Shown piece by piece: positions 28,487 through 38,922 of a stretch of DNA of 64,000 nt. The notes beneath the pieces were generated by a model that saw nothing but the letters and a program-made list of their open reading frames with translations, did not search any database and had not been told where the DNA came from. How positions within the stretch are numbered: position 1 is the first letter of the stretch; every line of letters begins with the position of its first letter. The translations under genes were made by a program, and so were the position numbers. This DNA comes from an uncultured archaeon (GTDB lineage: Archaea > Thermoproteota > Bathyarchaeia > Bathyarchaeales > Bathycorpusculaceae): assembly GCA_963782915.1 (NCBI GenBank), contig CAWALK010000020.1:390487-454486 (forward strand). The letters are read 5' to 3'.

Positions 28487-29995
28487 TCATGCTTTTGCCC
28501 CATTTACTTGTGGAATCTTTGAGTTAGCCAATGCTTCTTCGATGTTTTTGCCCTCGCTGACTTTCAAACCGTAGGCTTTTGCGTAGTTACGTGCTTCCGG
28601 AGTCAAACCAGGGATGGCGAAGAGTAGGAAGTCTGTGTCGATGTCGCTGATTTTGCCGTAGATCTGGGTCATGTCTCCGAGTTTTAGGGGTTTGCCTGAG
28701 ATGCGTACTTCTACTGCTGTGTTGCCGTTGTCATTTCTTGGCGTGGTGGTGTAGGCGCCTGCTTTTTGTATTTCGACCCAGCCGACTCTGCCCAAGATTA
28801 GCATGTCAAAGAGGTGCTGTGTGCCCGATTTGCCGCTCACGAATGCCGGTGCAACTATGGTGTAGCCCAAGTTTTTGAAGAACTGATTGCAAGTTTCCAA
28901 TGGTTTTATGTGTTGTAGTTCCTGTAGTGGCATTTGCGGATTGGCAACATATTTGTATAGCAGGATTTCGGGTTCGTCGTCTATGTCTGCGCTTGAGGTG
29001 CAGTCGCTGCATTTGATGGTTAGTTTGGGTTCGCTGTTGAGTGTGTTGCAGCCGAGGCATTTGTATGCTGGCGGTAGAGTGCGGTAGTCGGAGCCAATAA
29101 GCTGCAACTTTACCTTGCATTTAGGGCATAGTAAATCGCCGTTTTTAGTTTCAAACGCGCTTTGGCGTTCGACTGCTCCGCATGAGAAATGCTCAATCAA
29201 GCCTTCCTTATGCAAGCGCAGGGACCCGCATTCTGGGCAGGTTCTAAGGATTCTGACGTTGCCTGAACCGCATGTTTGGCAAACGATGACTTTGTCGATT
29301 AACTCCGCATTCAAGTATCCTTTACGTACCAAAGCATCGAGTACTTGGCGGGAATGTTTGGTGTCCCAGTCAAGCTGTGGGATGCCTTCGTATGTGTAGC
29401 CTTCGGGTTTGTTGGGGTTAACTATGGGGGTGATTTGGTTGACTTTTCCGTAGAGGAACAGTTCCATCATGCTTTGTTCGTCTCGTCGTAAGCCTTCTTC
29501 TGGTGCATCTTCTGGTTTTGTTTGTGTTAGGTTTGTTAGTGCTGCTGTGGGGTTGGTTTGGGTATTGATTTTGTTTGCTGCTTCACCTTGCTTGATTGCA
29601 TCGTCGGTTGCTGTTTTGGCTGCTTTACGTTTTTCTTGCATGTTTCCAACAGCAAAGGCAGCGCCAAAACCAGAAGCTAACCCAATTTCGAGCCCTCCAA
29701 GTAAAATAACTGCTGCAACGAGTTCAGCGTTATATTTAATGATTGAAACTTCAATGCCCGCAAAAATTGAAGCGAAATTCTGGAATAACCCAATAGAATA
29801 TACTGTACTGCTCAAGACGCTGCTGAATAGGAAAATCAGGATTAACCCAACCGCTCCTAAGGCTGCGGCGAAGGCAACCAGTGGAATCGGTTTGCGCTTC
29901 TTGGTTTTTGAGGGTATAGAGTTGAAGACGACACCGATAATTATCGCCATAATTACTGTAATGATGGGGGCGACTAGCATGGATAGCTCTACCAT
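28487..29995 (-). CDS. Membrane protein with TackOD1-like multi-Zn-ribbon domain and C-terminal restriction-endonuclease-like domain
   Basis: N-terminal TMs; CQTC, CPEC, HFSC, CPKC, CLGC and CSDC clusters; C-terminal GKSGTQHLFD...VEV...AIPGLTPEARNYA. Confidence 0.75.
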   Translation of the reverse strand: MVELSMLVAPIITVIMAIIIGVVFNSIPSKTKKRKPIPLVAFAAALGAVGLILIFLFSSVLSSTVYSIGLFQNFASIFAGIEVSIIKYNAELVAAVILLGGLEIGLASGFGAAFAVGNMQEKRKAAKTATDDAIKQGEAANKINTQTNPTAALTNLTQTKPEDAPEEGLRRDEQSMMELFLYGKVNQITPIVNPNKPEGYTYEGIPQLDWDTKHSRQVLDALVRKGYLNAELIDKVIVCQTCGSGNVRILRTCPECGSLRLHKEGLIEHFSCGAVERQSAFETKNGDLLCPKCKVKLQLIGSDYRTLPPAYKCLGCNTLNSEPKLTIKCSDCTSSADIDDEPEILLYKYVANPQMPLQELQHIKPLETCNQFFKNLGYTIVAPAFVSGKSGTQHLFDMLILGRVGWVEIQKAGAYTTTPRNDNGNTAVEVRISGKPLKLGDMTQIYGKISDIDTDFLLFAIPGLTPEARNYAKAYGLKVSEGKNIEEALANSKIPQVNGAKA

Positions 29996-30097
29996 TTTTG
30001 CTGGTCACTCCATTGCTTGTAAACTGACGTTTTGATGTTTTTGGGATATCTTGAAAAAAGGGAAAAACGGATTTTTAGAATCAATAGTGTAATCTCC

Positions 30098-30343
30098 TTA
30101 TTGAATTGTTGAGCCTTCTACAATCAACATTGTAACGATGCTTAGCGGATTAATCGAGAACCTCTTGATTTTAGAGATAACTGCTGTTAGTTTATCGAAG
30201 GTTTCCGCTTTTACTTTGACGATGATGTCATATGCGCTTTGCACCGCGTATGCTTCCTGTACACATTCGTGCTTTCGCAGGCTGGTTAGGACAGCTTTTT
30301 CGGTACCTGACGCAGTACTTAACAATATTATTGCTGAAGGCAT
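30098..30343 (-). CDS. Stand-alone Lrp/AsnC ligand-binding domain protein
   Basis: VQEAYAVQSAYDIIVKV...T.LIVE. Confidence 0.85.
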   Translation of the reverse strand: MPSAIILLSTASGTEKAVLTSLRKHECVQEAYAVQSAYDIIVKVKAETFDKLTAVISKIKRFSINPLSIVTMLIVEGSTIQ

Positions 30344-30509
30344 CTTACTCTACCTCTGCACAGAGGGCATGGCGATCAAAATTAAGGGTTTTTGAAAAGC
30401 CTAGTTTGCATGTTCTGTTAAAGCGTACAAGCGTTAAGCAAAGCCCAAGAGGCTAACATTGCAAACTGGAGTTGACCCTTTGCGAAGTCAAATCCTGAAC
30501 AAGCGTCAA

Positions 30510-30944
30510 CTAGCCCTCGGAGAGGTGCCGACGAATTTGCACTGCATCCCCCTCTAAGGCTTCAGGCATCCGCCCCTGACTTTGATCCCTGTAAGCCTTA
30601 CCATGCGTAAACCCTTCATGAGGCTTCATAGGAATAACGTGTACATGGAAATGGAAAATCACTTGCCCAGCCGCCCAACCATTATTCTGCACAACCCGAA
30701 TACCCTCAGCTGCCATAGCATCCCTAACCGCACACGCCACTCGTTTGACAATCTTAAACAAGTAAGCGATTTCGTCTTCGGGTATATCATAGATGTTTTC
30801 ATAATGTTTTTTCGGAACCACCAAAGTGTGTCCCTCGTTCACTGGGCGGTTACTTAAAAACGCCACAACACGGTCATCTTCGTAAACTCTGCTTGCAGGC
30901 GCCTCTTTGCGGATTATAGAGCAGAAGATACAGTCTTCAGACAT
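30510..30944 (-). CDS. HIT family hydrolase
   Basis: CIFC, GHTLVVPKKH, QNNG..AGQ, HFHVHVIP. Confidence 0.95.
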   Translation of the reverse strand: MSEDCIFCSIIRKEAPASRVYEDDRVVAFLSNRPVNEGHTLVVPKKHYENIYDIPEDEIAYLFKIVKRVACAVRDAMAAEGIRVVQNNGWAAGQVIFHFHVHVIPMKPHEGFTHGKAYRDQSQGRMPEALEGDAVQIRRHLSEG

Positions 30945-31017
30945 CGGTTTTCATACCTTTCAGCGGTTTAATGTTAGGGTAATGGTTTAATAGAATTTAC
31001 TGAGTCAGTAATACTTT

Positions 31018-32041
31018 ATGGAAACTTTCGTTGATGATATCGGTAGCTTCCCCTTGCCAGCGGGAATTAAAAGAGAAGACTACGCGAAAGCGTATGAAAT
31101 GGCACGGGACGCCATAATCAAGGGCGAAGACCCATACAAAGACACGTTTGTAGAGAAAACCTTCTGCACTACAGTGGTTGATTCATTCAAGCAAAAAGCT
31201 TGCTTCCGGCTTAGATGTAGTTAATTACCCCCAGCACTTCAGCGGATTACGCCAAGTCGGCGACGCCATCCACGCTGCAATGGCAACAGGCTCCTTTGTA
31301 GTAGACGAAAAAACCGCCATACTCCCCGAAATCTACGTACTAAACAAAGAAGCGAAAACGCTTAGCGAGGAATTCGGCAAAAAAATCCAACTCCGAGTCT
31401 CAATTTTTGGCCCCATCGAGCAGTACCTAAACGAAGTCGGCGCAACAGCCTACCCCGACGTACTCGACGGATTCGCCCAAACCATCAACCGCTTCGCAAA
31501 AAACAGCATCCTCAACACCAAATACATAGAAACCAAAGCCATATCCATCGATGAACCCAGCCTCGGCCACAGCAGCTTCACAGGAACCCCCGAATTAATC
31601 CGCGAAGCACTCGAAAAAGCCTACGACTTCCAAGGACCCATACGGCAAATCCATCTGCACTTTGCCTCAGGAATACATGATTTGCTAACTGTAAAAGGCC
31701 TTGATGTATTATCGTTTGAGTATGCTGCTTCACCCAAAAACATAGATGCCGTCTCCAAAGCCATGCTGGAGCAAGCTGACAAACAAATTCGCGTCGGCAT
31801 CGCCCGAACAGACATCGACGCCATTTGGGCAGAGCTCTACGAGAAAGGCATAACTCAGCCTACAAGTGACCAAATAGTTGAGCCACTGGATACGATAAAG
31901 AAACGGTATCGGTTTGCTAAAGAAAAGTATGGTGAACGCATGACTTTTACGGGTCCTGACTGCGGCATGGGAAGCTGGCCAAGCCAAGACGCCGCACAGT
32001 TGTTGCTAAAAAGAGTGGTTGAAGCAGTAAAAACTGCTTAA
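31018..32041 (+). CDS. Cobalamin-independent methionine synthase (MetE C-terminal)-like protein (indel near 31195)
   Basis: DDIGSFP, GLDVVNYPQ, ISIDEPS, IHLH, FEY, GPDCG. Confidence 0.75.
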
Positions 32042-32045
32042 CTTT

Positions 32046-32912
32046 TTATTCTGTTGACGGCTCTGCCACATCAGGCTGAGGTGGCAAAGGCGTTGTTTTC
32101 TTTGCTGGTTTTTCGCCGGGTTGCCCTCTTGGCAGTTCCTTGAAGCCGAAAGTGCCAATTGGAGGCCAACCTGCCTCAGGCATAGATGAAGGCACAAGCA
32201 TAATCGTGTTAGTACCTGACTGTTGCCCCAATTCATAGAGGATGTTCATCCATCTTAGGCGCAAACCCTCTGGGCTTGTCTCATACATTTTGGCGGCTTC
32301 AATCATTTTCTGTGCAGACTCAAACTCGGCCGTTGCTAGTGTAACTCTTGCGATGCGTTCCCGTTCTGCCTGTGCTTGGCGACTCATGGCATCTTGAAGG
32401 TTGCCGGGGATGATGACGTCTCGGACTTCAACTGCGGTAGCTTTTATTCCCCATGCCTCGGTTTTTTCGTCAATGATTTCTCTTAGGTGAGCGCCGACTT
32501 TTTCTCGTTCAGCCAGCAATTCATTTAGGCTGACTTTGCCGATCACTTCCCGCAGGGTTGTTTGTGCGGCTAGCTGGGTTGCTTGGTAATAGTTTTCAAC
32601 TTGTAAAACTGCTTTTTCTAGGTCTATTGGCTTCATGTACATGACTGAGTCAACATTTACGGGCACGTTGTCTTTGGTTAGGGTTGATTCTGTTCGGAAC
32701 TGGATTGTATCCAATCTTGTTGAGATGCGGATTGGAGAGCGATCGATTAGGGGTATAAGATACGCAAGCCCTGGGCCTCTCAAACCTACATAACGGCCTA
32801 AACGTAAAACGGGCATACGTTCCCATTCTTTAAGGATACGAATACCGCTTATGAAGAAAAGTGCAACAACAATAACAACAAAACCAATGATTGGAATTAT
32901 AATATCAACCAT
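32046..32912 (-). CDS. SPFH/band 7 (slipin) protein
   Basis: TKDNVPVNVD, AQTTLR.VIG, WGIK, QAQAERE. Confidence 0.95.
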   Translation of the reverse strand: MVDIIIPIIGFVVIVVALFFISGIRILKEWERMPVLRLGRYVGLRGPGLAYLIPLIDRSPIRISTRLDTIQFRTESTLTKDNVPVNVDSVMYMKPIDLEKAVLQVENYYQATQLAAQTTLREVIGKVSLNELLAEREKVGAHLREIIDEKTEAWGIKATAVEVRDVIIPGNLQDAMSRQAQAERERIARVTLATAEFESAQKMIEAAKMYETSPEGLRLRWMNILYELGQQSGTNTIMLVPSSMPEAGWPPIGTFGFKELPRGQPGEKPAKKTTPLPPQPDVAEPSTE

Positions 32913-32950
32913 TCTCTAACCTCAATTAGGCTATTGGATGCTTTATGGAG

Positions 32951-33343
32951 TTAAGCTTTTTGCTCGACAGGCTTAACCACTAAGAACATGCCTTCCATCG
33001 ATACCACTTCAACGTCTTGCCCAATGGGAACTATTCCATCTTTGGTGGTGGCTTGCCAGAATTCGCCCCCAAGGCGGATTTCACCTTTTGGCGCAAGTTC
33101 GGTGGTTACTACACCTTTCGCTCCGATTAGGGCTTCTTTACCGGTTTTTATTTTTTTATACTGCGCTTGGACGCCAACATAGAATAGCCAAGCGAAGATG
33201 GCGGCGAATACTAAAAGGATAATGGCTATAGTGACTTCAACTTCAACGGCTAATCCGTAGTATATACCTAAATCTGCTGATAGGATAAGAAAGGCGCCAA
33301 TAACTACTAATGCGCCAGCAAGGAAAGCGAGCCAAGCATGCAT
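32951..33343 (-). CDS. NfeD-family protein (short form)
   Basis: TMs followed by KTGKEALIG...GEFWQA OB fold; upstream of slipin as usual. Confidence 0.9.
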   Translation of the reverse strand: MHAWLAFLAGALVVIGAFLILSADLGIYYGLAVEVEVTIAIILLVFAAIFAWLFYVGVQAQYKKIKTGKEALIGAKGVVTTELAPKGEIRLGGEFWQATTKDGIVPIGQDVEVVSMEGMFLVVKPVEQKA

Positions 33344-33459
33344 TCTAGTTGCCTCTAAGGAGTGATAGGTTGAATTTGCTTATAAGTTGCACTAGTATTG
33401 GATAAAAGGCTTAAGATATTTTAAAAAAAATGAAAAGAAGTAGTTTTTTAGTGGTTTTC

Positions 33460-35085
33460 TTAATGCTTAGCTGTATCTCGTTTCTGATCTGAAACGTATG
33501 TAAATAGTGGACCTGATCGTTCGTTTCCCTCTGTTTGGACTTCAATCAGCGAAAACACTTTTTGTTCTTTCGCATCTTTTAGGGCTTCCCATAACTCGTC
33601 TAATGTTTTACAATTGTAGCCTTTGCCGCCCCAGAGCTGTGCCATCTTTGCGTAGGGCCAATCTACCAAGTTGTTAATGGTGGAGGGGTGGAAAAGCTGC
33701 TCCATACCCCACACATGGTTGTTGCTGACTATAACTATGGGGTTTATGCCGTAGCGTGTGCAGTGGCAGATTTCTTGGCCTGTCATTTGAAAGGCGCCGT
33801 CGCCGACTAAGACGAGTGGGCGCTTCTTGGATTCAATCATGTAGCCTATTGCGGCCGGAACAGCGAAGCCCATAGTGCCATAGAATGAGGCACCGATTAT
33901 ACTGGAGGATTGAAGGCGTAGTGTGGCGAAGAGTAGTTCGCCGGTGTCTGGGATGGTGGGCATTTCGCCGTATTCATGGAAGAAGCGGTTGAGAGTGTCA
34001 ATTATGCCGTCTGTGGTTACGGTCGAGGAAGCTTGGGCTGCTTGGGCTTGCACTGCTGTTGCGGGCAGGTCATACCATTTAATTTTCGCTTGTGCCTCGC
34101 TCAGCTTGGAGACTAAATTACGAAGAGATACACCCTCGAAAGTCCTGTGGACCGCTTTAACCTTGGATAAAACACACCTGACAACTTCGGCACTCCGCAA
34201 ATTAGCCGCTTTCATACCTAAATTAACGTCTGAAACATCTTCGCCCAGCATTAAAACGAAGTCTGACGCATCAACCAGCTTCTTGGCTTCGGAGGTTCCA
34301 GCCTCGCCCAAGTAGACGCCGAAATAATTCTCTGCCTTGGGCGAATAGTCCCGTGCAAGCATGGTTGAAACAACCGGTACATTGAGTTGGCGTGCAACGG
34401 CAACGATTTCATCGACTAAACCATACCGTACTGCTTCAACACCGTACACAAAGACGGGTTTGTATGCTTCTGCGAGTTGGTTTTTAATGAATGTGTTTGC
34501 TTCTTCGAATTGTCCCTTATTCAACAGATTGGGCTCAAAGGTGAATTGAGGTATAACCATTGGGGCTTCAGCCATGTCAGAGGGTATTTCGATGTAAACC
34601 GGCAACATACGCTCTAAACAAACCGCCAATGCCTCTGCAATCAGTGATGCAGCGGTTTTTGGGTTATCTAAAACCACTGTTTTAGCAGTGACTTCCGAGT
34701 AGACTCCCCGCTGTGTAGCAGAGCCTTTTACGGTGTGGTGTACTAGAAAGCCGCTTTCTCGTACATCCGTCGGCGGTCCACCTGCAATCACAATCAATGG
34801 TACTCTCTCGGAGTATGCGCATGCTACAGCGTTCACCATGTTCAAAGCTCCCGGTCCGTAGGTGACGCAGGCAACCTGAGGTTTCCGGGTGGCTCTGGAT
34901 GCTCCGATGGCTGCGAAACCAACTGCTGGTTCATGCGATAGGGTGCATAGTTTGAGGGTTGGGTCGTTTTCGATTTGGCGGAAAAATTTTATTATGAAGT
35001 CGCCGGGGATGCCATAGATTGTTTGGATGCCTAAGTTCTTGATTGCTTGTAGAAGATATTGGCCGACTGTGGATGTGTTCTGCAA
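33460..35085 (-). CDS. TPP-dependent 2-oxo-acid (indolepyruvate/phenylpyruvate) decarboxylase
   Basis: YGIPGDF, HEPAVGFAA, VHH, GTMGFAVPA, GDGAFQMTG...NN. Confidence 0.9.
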   Translation of the reverse strand: MQNTSTVGQYLLQAIKNLGIQTIYGIPGDFIIKFFRQIENDPTLKLCTLSHEPAVGFAAIGASRATRKPQVACVTYGPGALNMVNAVACAYSERVPLIVIAGGPPTDVRESGFLVHHTVKGSATQRGVYSEVTAKTVVLDNPKTAASLIAEALAVCLERMLPVYIEIPSDMAEAPMVIPQFTFEPNLLNKGQFEEANTFIKNQLAEAYKPVFVYGVEAVRYGLVDEIVAVARQLNVPVVSTMLARDYSPKAENYFGVYLGEAGTSEAKKLVDASDFVLMLGEDVSDVNLGMKAANLRSAEVVRCVLSKVKAVHRTFEGVSLRNLVSKLSEAQAKIKWYDLPATAVQAQAAQASSTVTTDGIIDTLNRFFHEYGEMPTIPDTGELLFATLRLQSSSIIGASFYGTMGFAVPAAIGYMIESKKRPLVLVGDGAFQMTGQEICHCTRYGINPIVIVSNNHVWGMEQLFHPSTINNLVDWPYAKMAQLWGGKGYNCKTLDELWEALKDAKEQKVFSLIEVQTEGNERSGPLFTYVSDQKRDTAKH

Positions 35086-35321
35086 GGTTGTTTCCTTACA
35101 GTGGTTGGTTGCTTGGATAATTTAAGCCTTAAGCTTCAAAGCTAAAAAGAAAAAGAATTGTTGAAAAGGAAGAAGGGATGTTCCTCAGTCGAATTCTGAG
35201 GGTAGAATTGATGGGCCTGTGTTGTTTGCGCTGCTGAACTGCGGGGTTATGGTTGGTCTGCGACGTAGTGGCGGTGCGGGCATTGGGGATGGCGGTTCGA
35301 GTTCAACTTGGATTTTGTTTA

Positions 35322-36254
35322 TCAGTCTTCTTCGCCTCCGTGGGTTGTGGGGATTACGGTTGCTTCGAGGAGTGTTTCTCTGCGGATGATGGTTAGTTTG
35401 GTTTCTTTGTCGATTACGTCTTCGGCGAGGAGTCGTGGTAAGTCGTAGAAGTCGGTGACTGGTTTGCCGTTGAATTTCACGAGTACATCGCCCATTGCTA
35501 ATCCTGCTTTCCGTGCGGGAGAGCCTGCTTCGACGCTAAAGATCATGACGCCTGTTTCCTGTTCTAAGCCTGCTTGTTCAGCGATTTCTTCGGGGATGCC
35601 TACGGTGTTTGCGATTATGCCGAGGTAGCCTCTTTGGGCGGTTTTGCCCGTCATGAGGCGTTCTGAGATGGCTTTGACTTTGTTTATTGGGATGGCTATG
35701 CCTCTTTGCCAAACATATGCGGTGTTTATGCCGATTAGTTTGCCTTCTACGTCGATGAGTGGGCCTCCGCTGAATCCTGGGTTGAGTTGTGCGTCGGTTG
35801 CGATGACGTTTTCCATGGCGGTTGAGCCTCGCCAGCCGCGTATGGTGCTGTTTACGCTTGTGACCATGCCGCTGGTGGCTGTGGGTTGGTTTTTGTTGAA
35901 TGGGTTTGCCAGTGCCAGTACGTATTGGCCGACGTCAAGTTTCTCGCAGTCCCCCATTGTTATGGGTGTGAATTCCCCCCTCTCCGCTTTCAATAGGGCT
36001 ATGTCGTTGTATGGGTCGGTGCCCACGATTTTGGCGTTTATTGTTTTTTCGCCTTGCCCGATTTTTATTGTGCCGCATCCTGCGAGTACATGGTTACAGG
36101 TGACTATGTAGCCGTCCTTTGACAGGACGACACCTGTCCCCCGTGACATCTGCGCTTTTACTGCGACGACTGACTGCGAAGTTTTTTTGATTAATTCGCT
36201 TGTCGCCTCAGAGACTGATTTTAGGACTTCTAATGAAGTGGCTAGTTGAGTCAT
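35322..36254 (-). CDS. HtrA/DegP-like serine protease with PDZ domain
   Basis: TCNHV, DIALL and NPGFSGGP triad; C-terminal PDZ; no signal peptide. Start set at MTQLA. Confidence 0.92.
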   Translation of the reverse strand: MTQLATSLEVLKSVSEATSELIKKTSQSVVAVKAQMSRGTGVVLSKDGYIVTCNHVLAGCGTIKIGQGEKTINAKIVGTDPYNDIALLKAERGEFTPITMGDCEKLDVGQYVLALANPFNKNQPTATSGMVTSVNSTIRGWRGSTAMENVIATDAQLNPGFSGGPLIDVEGKLIGINTAYVWQRGIAIPINKVKAISERLMTGKTAQRGYLGIIANTVGIPEEIAEQAGLEQETGVMIFSVEAGSPARKAGLAMGDVLVKFNGKPVTDFYDLPRLLAEDVIDKETKLTIIRRETLLEATVIPTTHGGEED

Positions 36255-36501
36255 TTTGTTTTTCACCGAAAGATGATACATCAAAAAGGTATTTGTTGAC
36301 TAAGGAACAAGCAAACCTAGTCACAAAAGATTGTTTGGATTTCTTTTTTCTGGTGTTAGAAGAAGGCACAGACTCCCTTACACATCTTCTTACTATGGAC
36401 TTGGCGGCGAGTTGTTTTTTAAGTTCGGAAGGGTTCTGTGGCTTACTGGCTGGTTGTGAAGCAAAAATTGCTGATGGGTAGAAGATTACTGGGTGTGATT
36501 T

Positions 36502-37140
36502 CTATGCCTTGTTTAAGTTAGGAAGTAGCCGCCGAAGTAACCCACGTTTCGGGTCATCGCGTGAAGCTGTCTGTGAACTTATGCATACCTTACCGATCAA
36601 TGACATCAGCTGGTAAGATGCCTTCAGCGCCAAGTTGAGGTTGTTGTTGGTTAAGAATTTGGCGTCGATGTTTAATGCAGAGCCCGCTATGTTGGCTGAT
36701 ATTTGTATTCCGCCGTCTTCTGTTATCCATTTCAGGGTGACGCCTTGACTGTTTTCGGAGATGCCTAGCCAGCGGAGCATTCCGAACCATTTACCTTTAA
36801 GCTGCAGGATAAGCTGCTGTGTCATAAGGTCAGAGGGCAAAAACGTCTGTATCAGCGGCGTCGAAGGGGTTTCCTTTGGGGGGGTTTGGAGTTTTAGTTC
36901 TGTTATTTTTGGGGTTACCTTGTAGCCTTCAGGTCCCTTTTTGACTATGCCTTCCTCTTCTAAGCGGGCAAGGATGCGTGAGAGGGTTTCGGAATGAAGT
37001 CCTGTTCTGCGTTTTAATCCGTCGAAGGTGAATGTGGCTAAGTCTTCCGTTTCGATTAGCGCGAGCACGTCTGCATCGCGTTCGCTAAGGGAATAATCGG
37101 TTGGTTGGCTTTGCCAATTAACATTCAGAACAGGTATCAT
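36502..37140 (-). CDS. Winged-helix domain protein
   Basis: FTFDGLKRRTGLHSETLSRILARLEEEGIV wHTH; C-terminus possibly frameshifted. Confidence 0.7.
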   Translation of the reverse strand: MIPVLNVNWQSQPTDYSLSERDADVLALIETEDLATFTFDGLKRRTGLHSETLSRILARLEEEGIVKKGPEGYKVTPKITELKLQTPPKETPSTPLIQTFLPSDLMTQQLILQLKGKWFGMLRWLGISENSQGVTLKWITEDGGIQISANIAGSALNIDAKFLTNNNLNLALKASYQLMSLIGKVCISSQTASRDDPKRGLLRRLLPNLNKA

Positions 37141-37297
37141 TGATTGATTAGATGGTTTGGGTGCTGCTTTTGAAGATTACGCCTGTTTTTGTTGTTAATT
37201 ATTGGTGTTTTATTGTTTTTTGTTTTTTGTGTGGTTTTGCGCTTTATTTGTTGCTGTTTTAGTTAGTGTGTGATTAGTTGAGGGAGGAGGGGTAGTG

Positions 37298-37333
37298 TGT
37301 ATATATGGTTTGTATATATGAAATGTATATATG
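37298..37333 (+). promoter_or_regulatory. Three exact TGTATATATG direct repeats at 13-bp period
   Basis: Copies at 37298, 37311 and 37324, directly upstream of GGTGAGGT (SD-like) and TTG 37345. Confidence 0.6.
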
Positions 37334-37344
37334 GTGAGGTTGAT

Positions 37345-37689
37345 TTGCGGAAAGTATTTCGCGGATTTCGGTTTGAAACACAGATGTATGAATCATTCTG
37401 TGGTTTAGCGGAAAAAGAGGGTTTGACGGCAACTGGGGCGCTTGAGAGGTTTATGGCTAGCTGTGTTGAGTTGGAAGAACTGGTTTATCCAGAGCAGCGG
37501 CTTTTGGACTTTGAGAGGGAGGCTCGAGTTCTAGTGGATTGGTTGAGTAAAGGCAGGTATCTTTACCGTAATGAGGATGGCGTCGAAATCAACATTGCAG
37601 GACGATTGTTGACTCTTTTGCCCAAAGTAGCGGATAATACGTTAAAGAATGTGGTAGAGGAAGCGCTGAAGGGTTCGGTTTTGAGGTAA
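37345..37689 (+). CDS. Hypothetical protein with RHH-like N-terminus
   Basis: RKVFRGFRF...F..LAEKEG....ALERFM; SD-like GGTGAGGT before TTG. Confidence 0.6.
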   Translation: MRKVFRGFRFETQMYESFCGLAEKEGLTATGALERFMASCVELEELVYPEQRLLDFEREARVLVDWLSKGRYLYRNEDGVEINIAGRLLTLLPKVADNTLKNVVEEALKGSVLR

Positions 37690-37738
37690 TGGAGATTTTT
37701 TGAGGCTGTTACTTCATCGAAGGGTATGACTCTTGGGT

Positions 37739-38407
37739 TTAACCTACCCATACGAAGTAAGAGACCGCTAGAAATAGTGTGCCAATTGCGGCCATCCCAA
37801 ATCCCAGCGCTATTTTGTGCTTTCCAAGTATTTTTCCAAGTTGAAAGCCGTACCAGAAGAGCCAAGCAATTCCTATTATGTTAGAAATAAACCAGGCAAG
37901 AAGCTTATCTGGAAGAATTAGAAACGGCAAGGCAAGCAAAAATCCGACTGATAAATAAATCAAAACAATAGATGCCCATCCTAACGTTTCTTCTCTTGTG
38001 AATAATTTGTTTTCAGCTACCTTTGCTTGAGGCGAGTAATCAACTATGTCTTTTGCGATGGCTTTTTTTCCGTCCTCGTTGTAAGACGAGAAAAGGCTGT
38101 TATCCATGTTCTTCTCGATGTTTTCAAGGAGCATTTTTCTGGTTACGTCATCTTTTTCTTCAGAAAGCTTCCTCATTTTAAATATCTTATTTCGAAGATT
38201 GTTTCGGTCAATTGAGCTAGTGATGGCGTAAAGAAACCCGTCGATAAATCCCCAACCAGCGCATGCCCCAATGTTCACTGCTACTATATACACAAAACCA
38301 GTGTTGAGGTTGGAGAGAGCCACATAACCATTAATAATTATTACCATAAAAACAGCAAAAGCTACTTCTCCAGTTCTATCAGTAAAAGAAAGATATCTGC
38401 GGGCCAT
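37739..38407 (-). CDS. VIT1/CCC1-like membrane protein
   Basis: DRTGE..F, WGFIDG and LPF patterns; about five TMs. Confidence 0.6.
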   Translation of the reverse strand: MARRYLSFTDRTGEVAFAVFMVIIINGYVALSNLNTGFVYIVAVNIGACAGWGFIDGFLYAITSSIDRNNLRNKIFKMRKLSEEKDDVTRKMLLENIEKNMDNSLFSSYNEDGKKAIAKDIVDYSPQAKVAENKLFTREETLGWASIVLIYLSVGFLLALPFLILPDKLLAWFISNIIGIAWLFWYGFQLGKILGKHKIALGFGMAAIGTLFLAVSYFVWVG

Positions 38408-38922
38408 TTCTAGGGGATCCCAAAAAACTGTCGATGAGAATAGTATTAAGTGTTTGTGGCTTCACTCTTTTGCCACAATAGATGTTACCTTCAGTTAGTT
38501 ATAGCTTGATAACAATACGTATCGCTCTGTTTCTTTAGGGAATGTTTTGGGGGTTCCTGACCATTTATGAGAAATTCCTATAAGCGATTATGGCTGACCA
38601 AGTTAAAACAAAACTTGAGGCGGATTTAGAAATACGGAAGGAAATAAGGCGTATGGCTCAAAAGGCTTCATTTGTAATCGTCAGTTTTGATCACGCACTA
38701 AAACTATGCGCCCAGGAGTTTCTGGTAAAGTTTTATCCGCTTTCAATGTAGCTAAAAAATTAAAGGACATTTTGAGAAGATATCAATCCGCCATTTTGAC
38801 TGCACCTTCAACCGGCAAGCTAGGCGTCCCTATGTTGGAAATCTCTGTGCTTGAAAATATAGCCGATTCTTTGAGGGTACTGAGGAAGGAGGAATGCTAA
38901 AAAAATATGTGAGGGATAAAAA

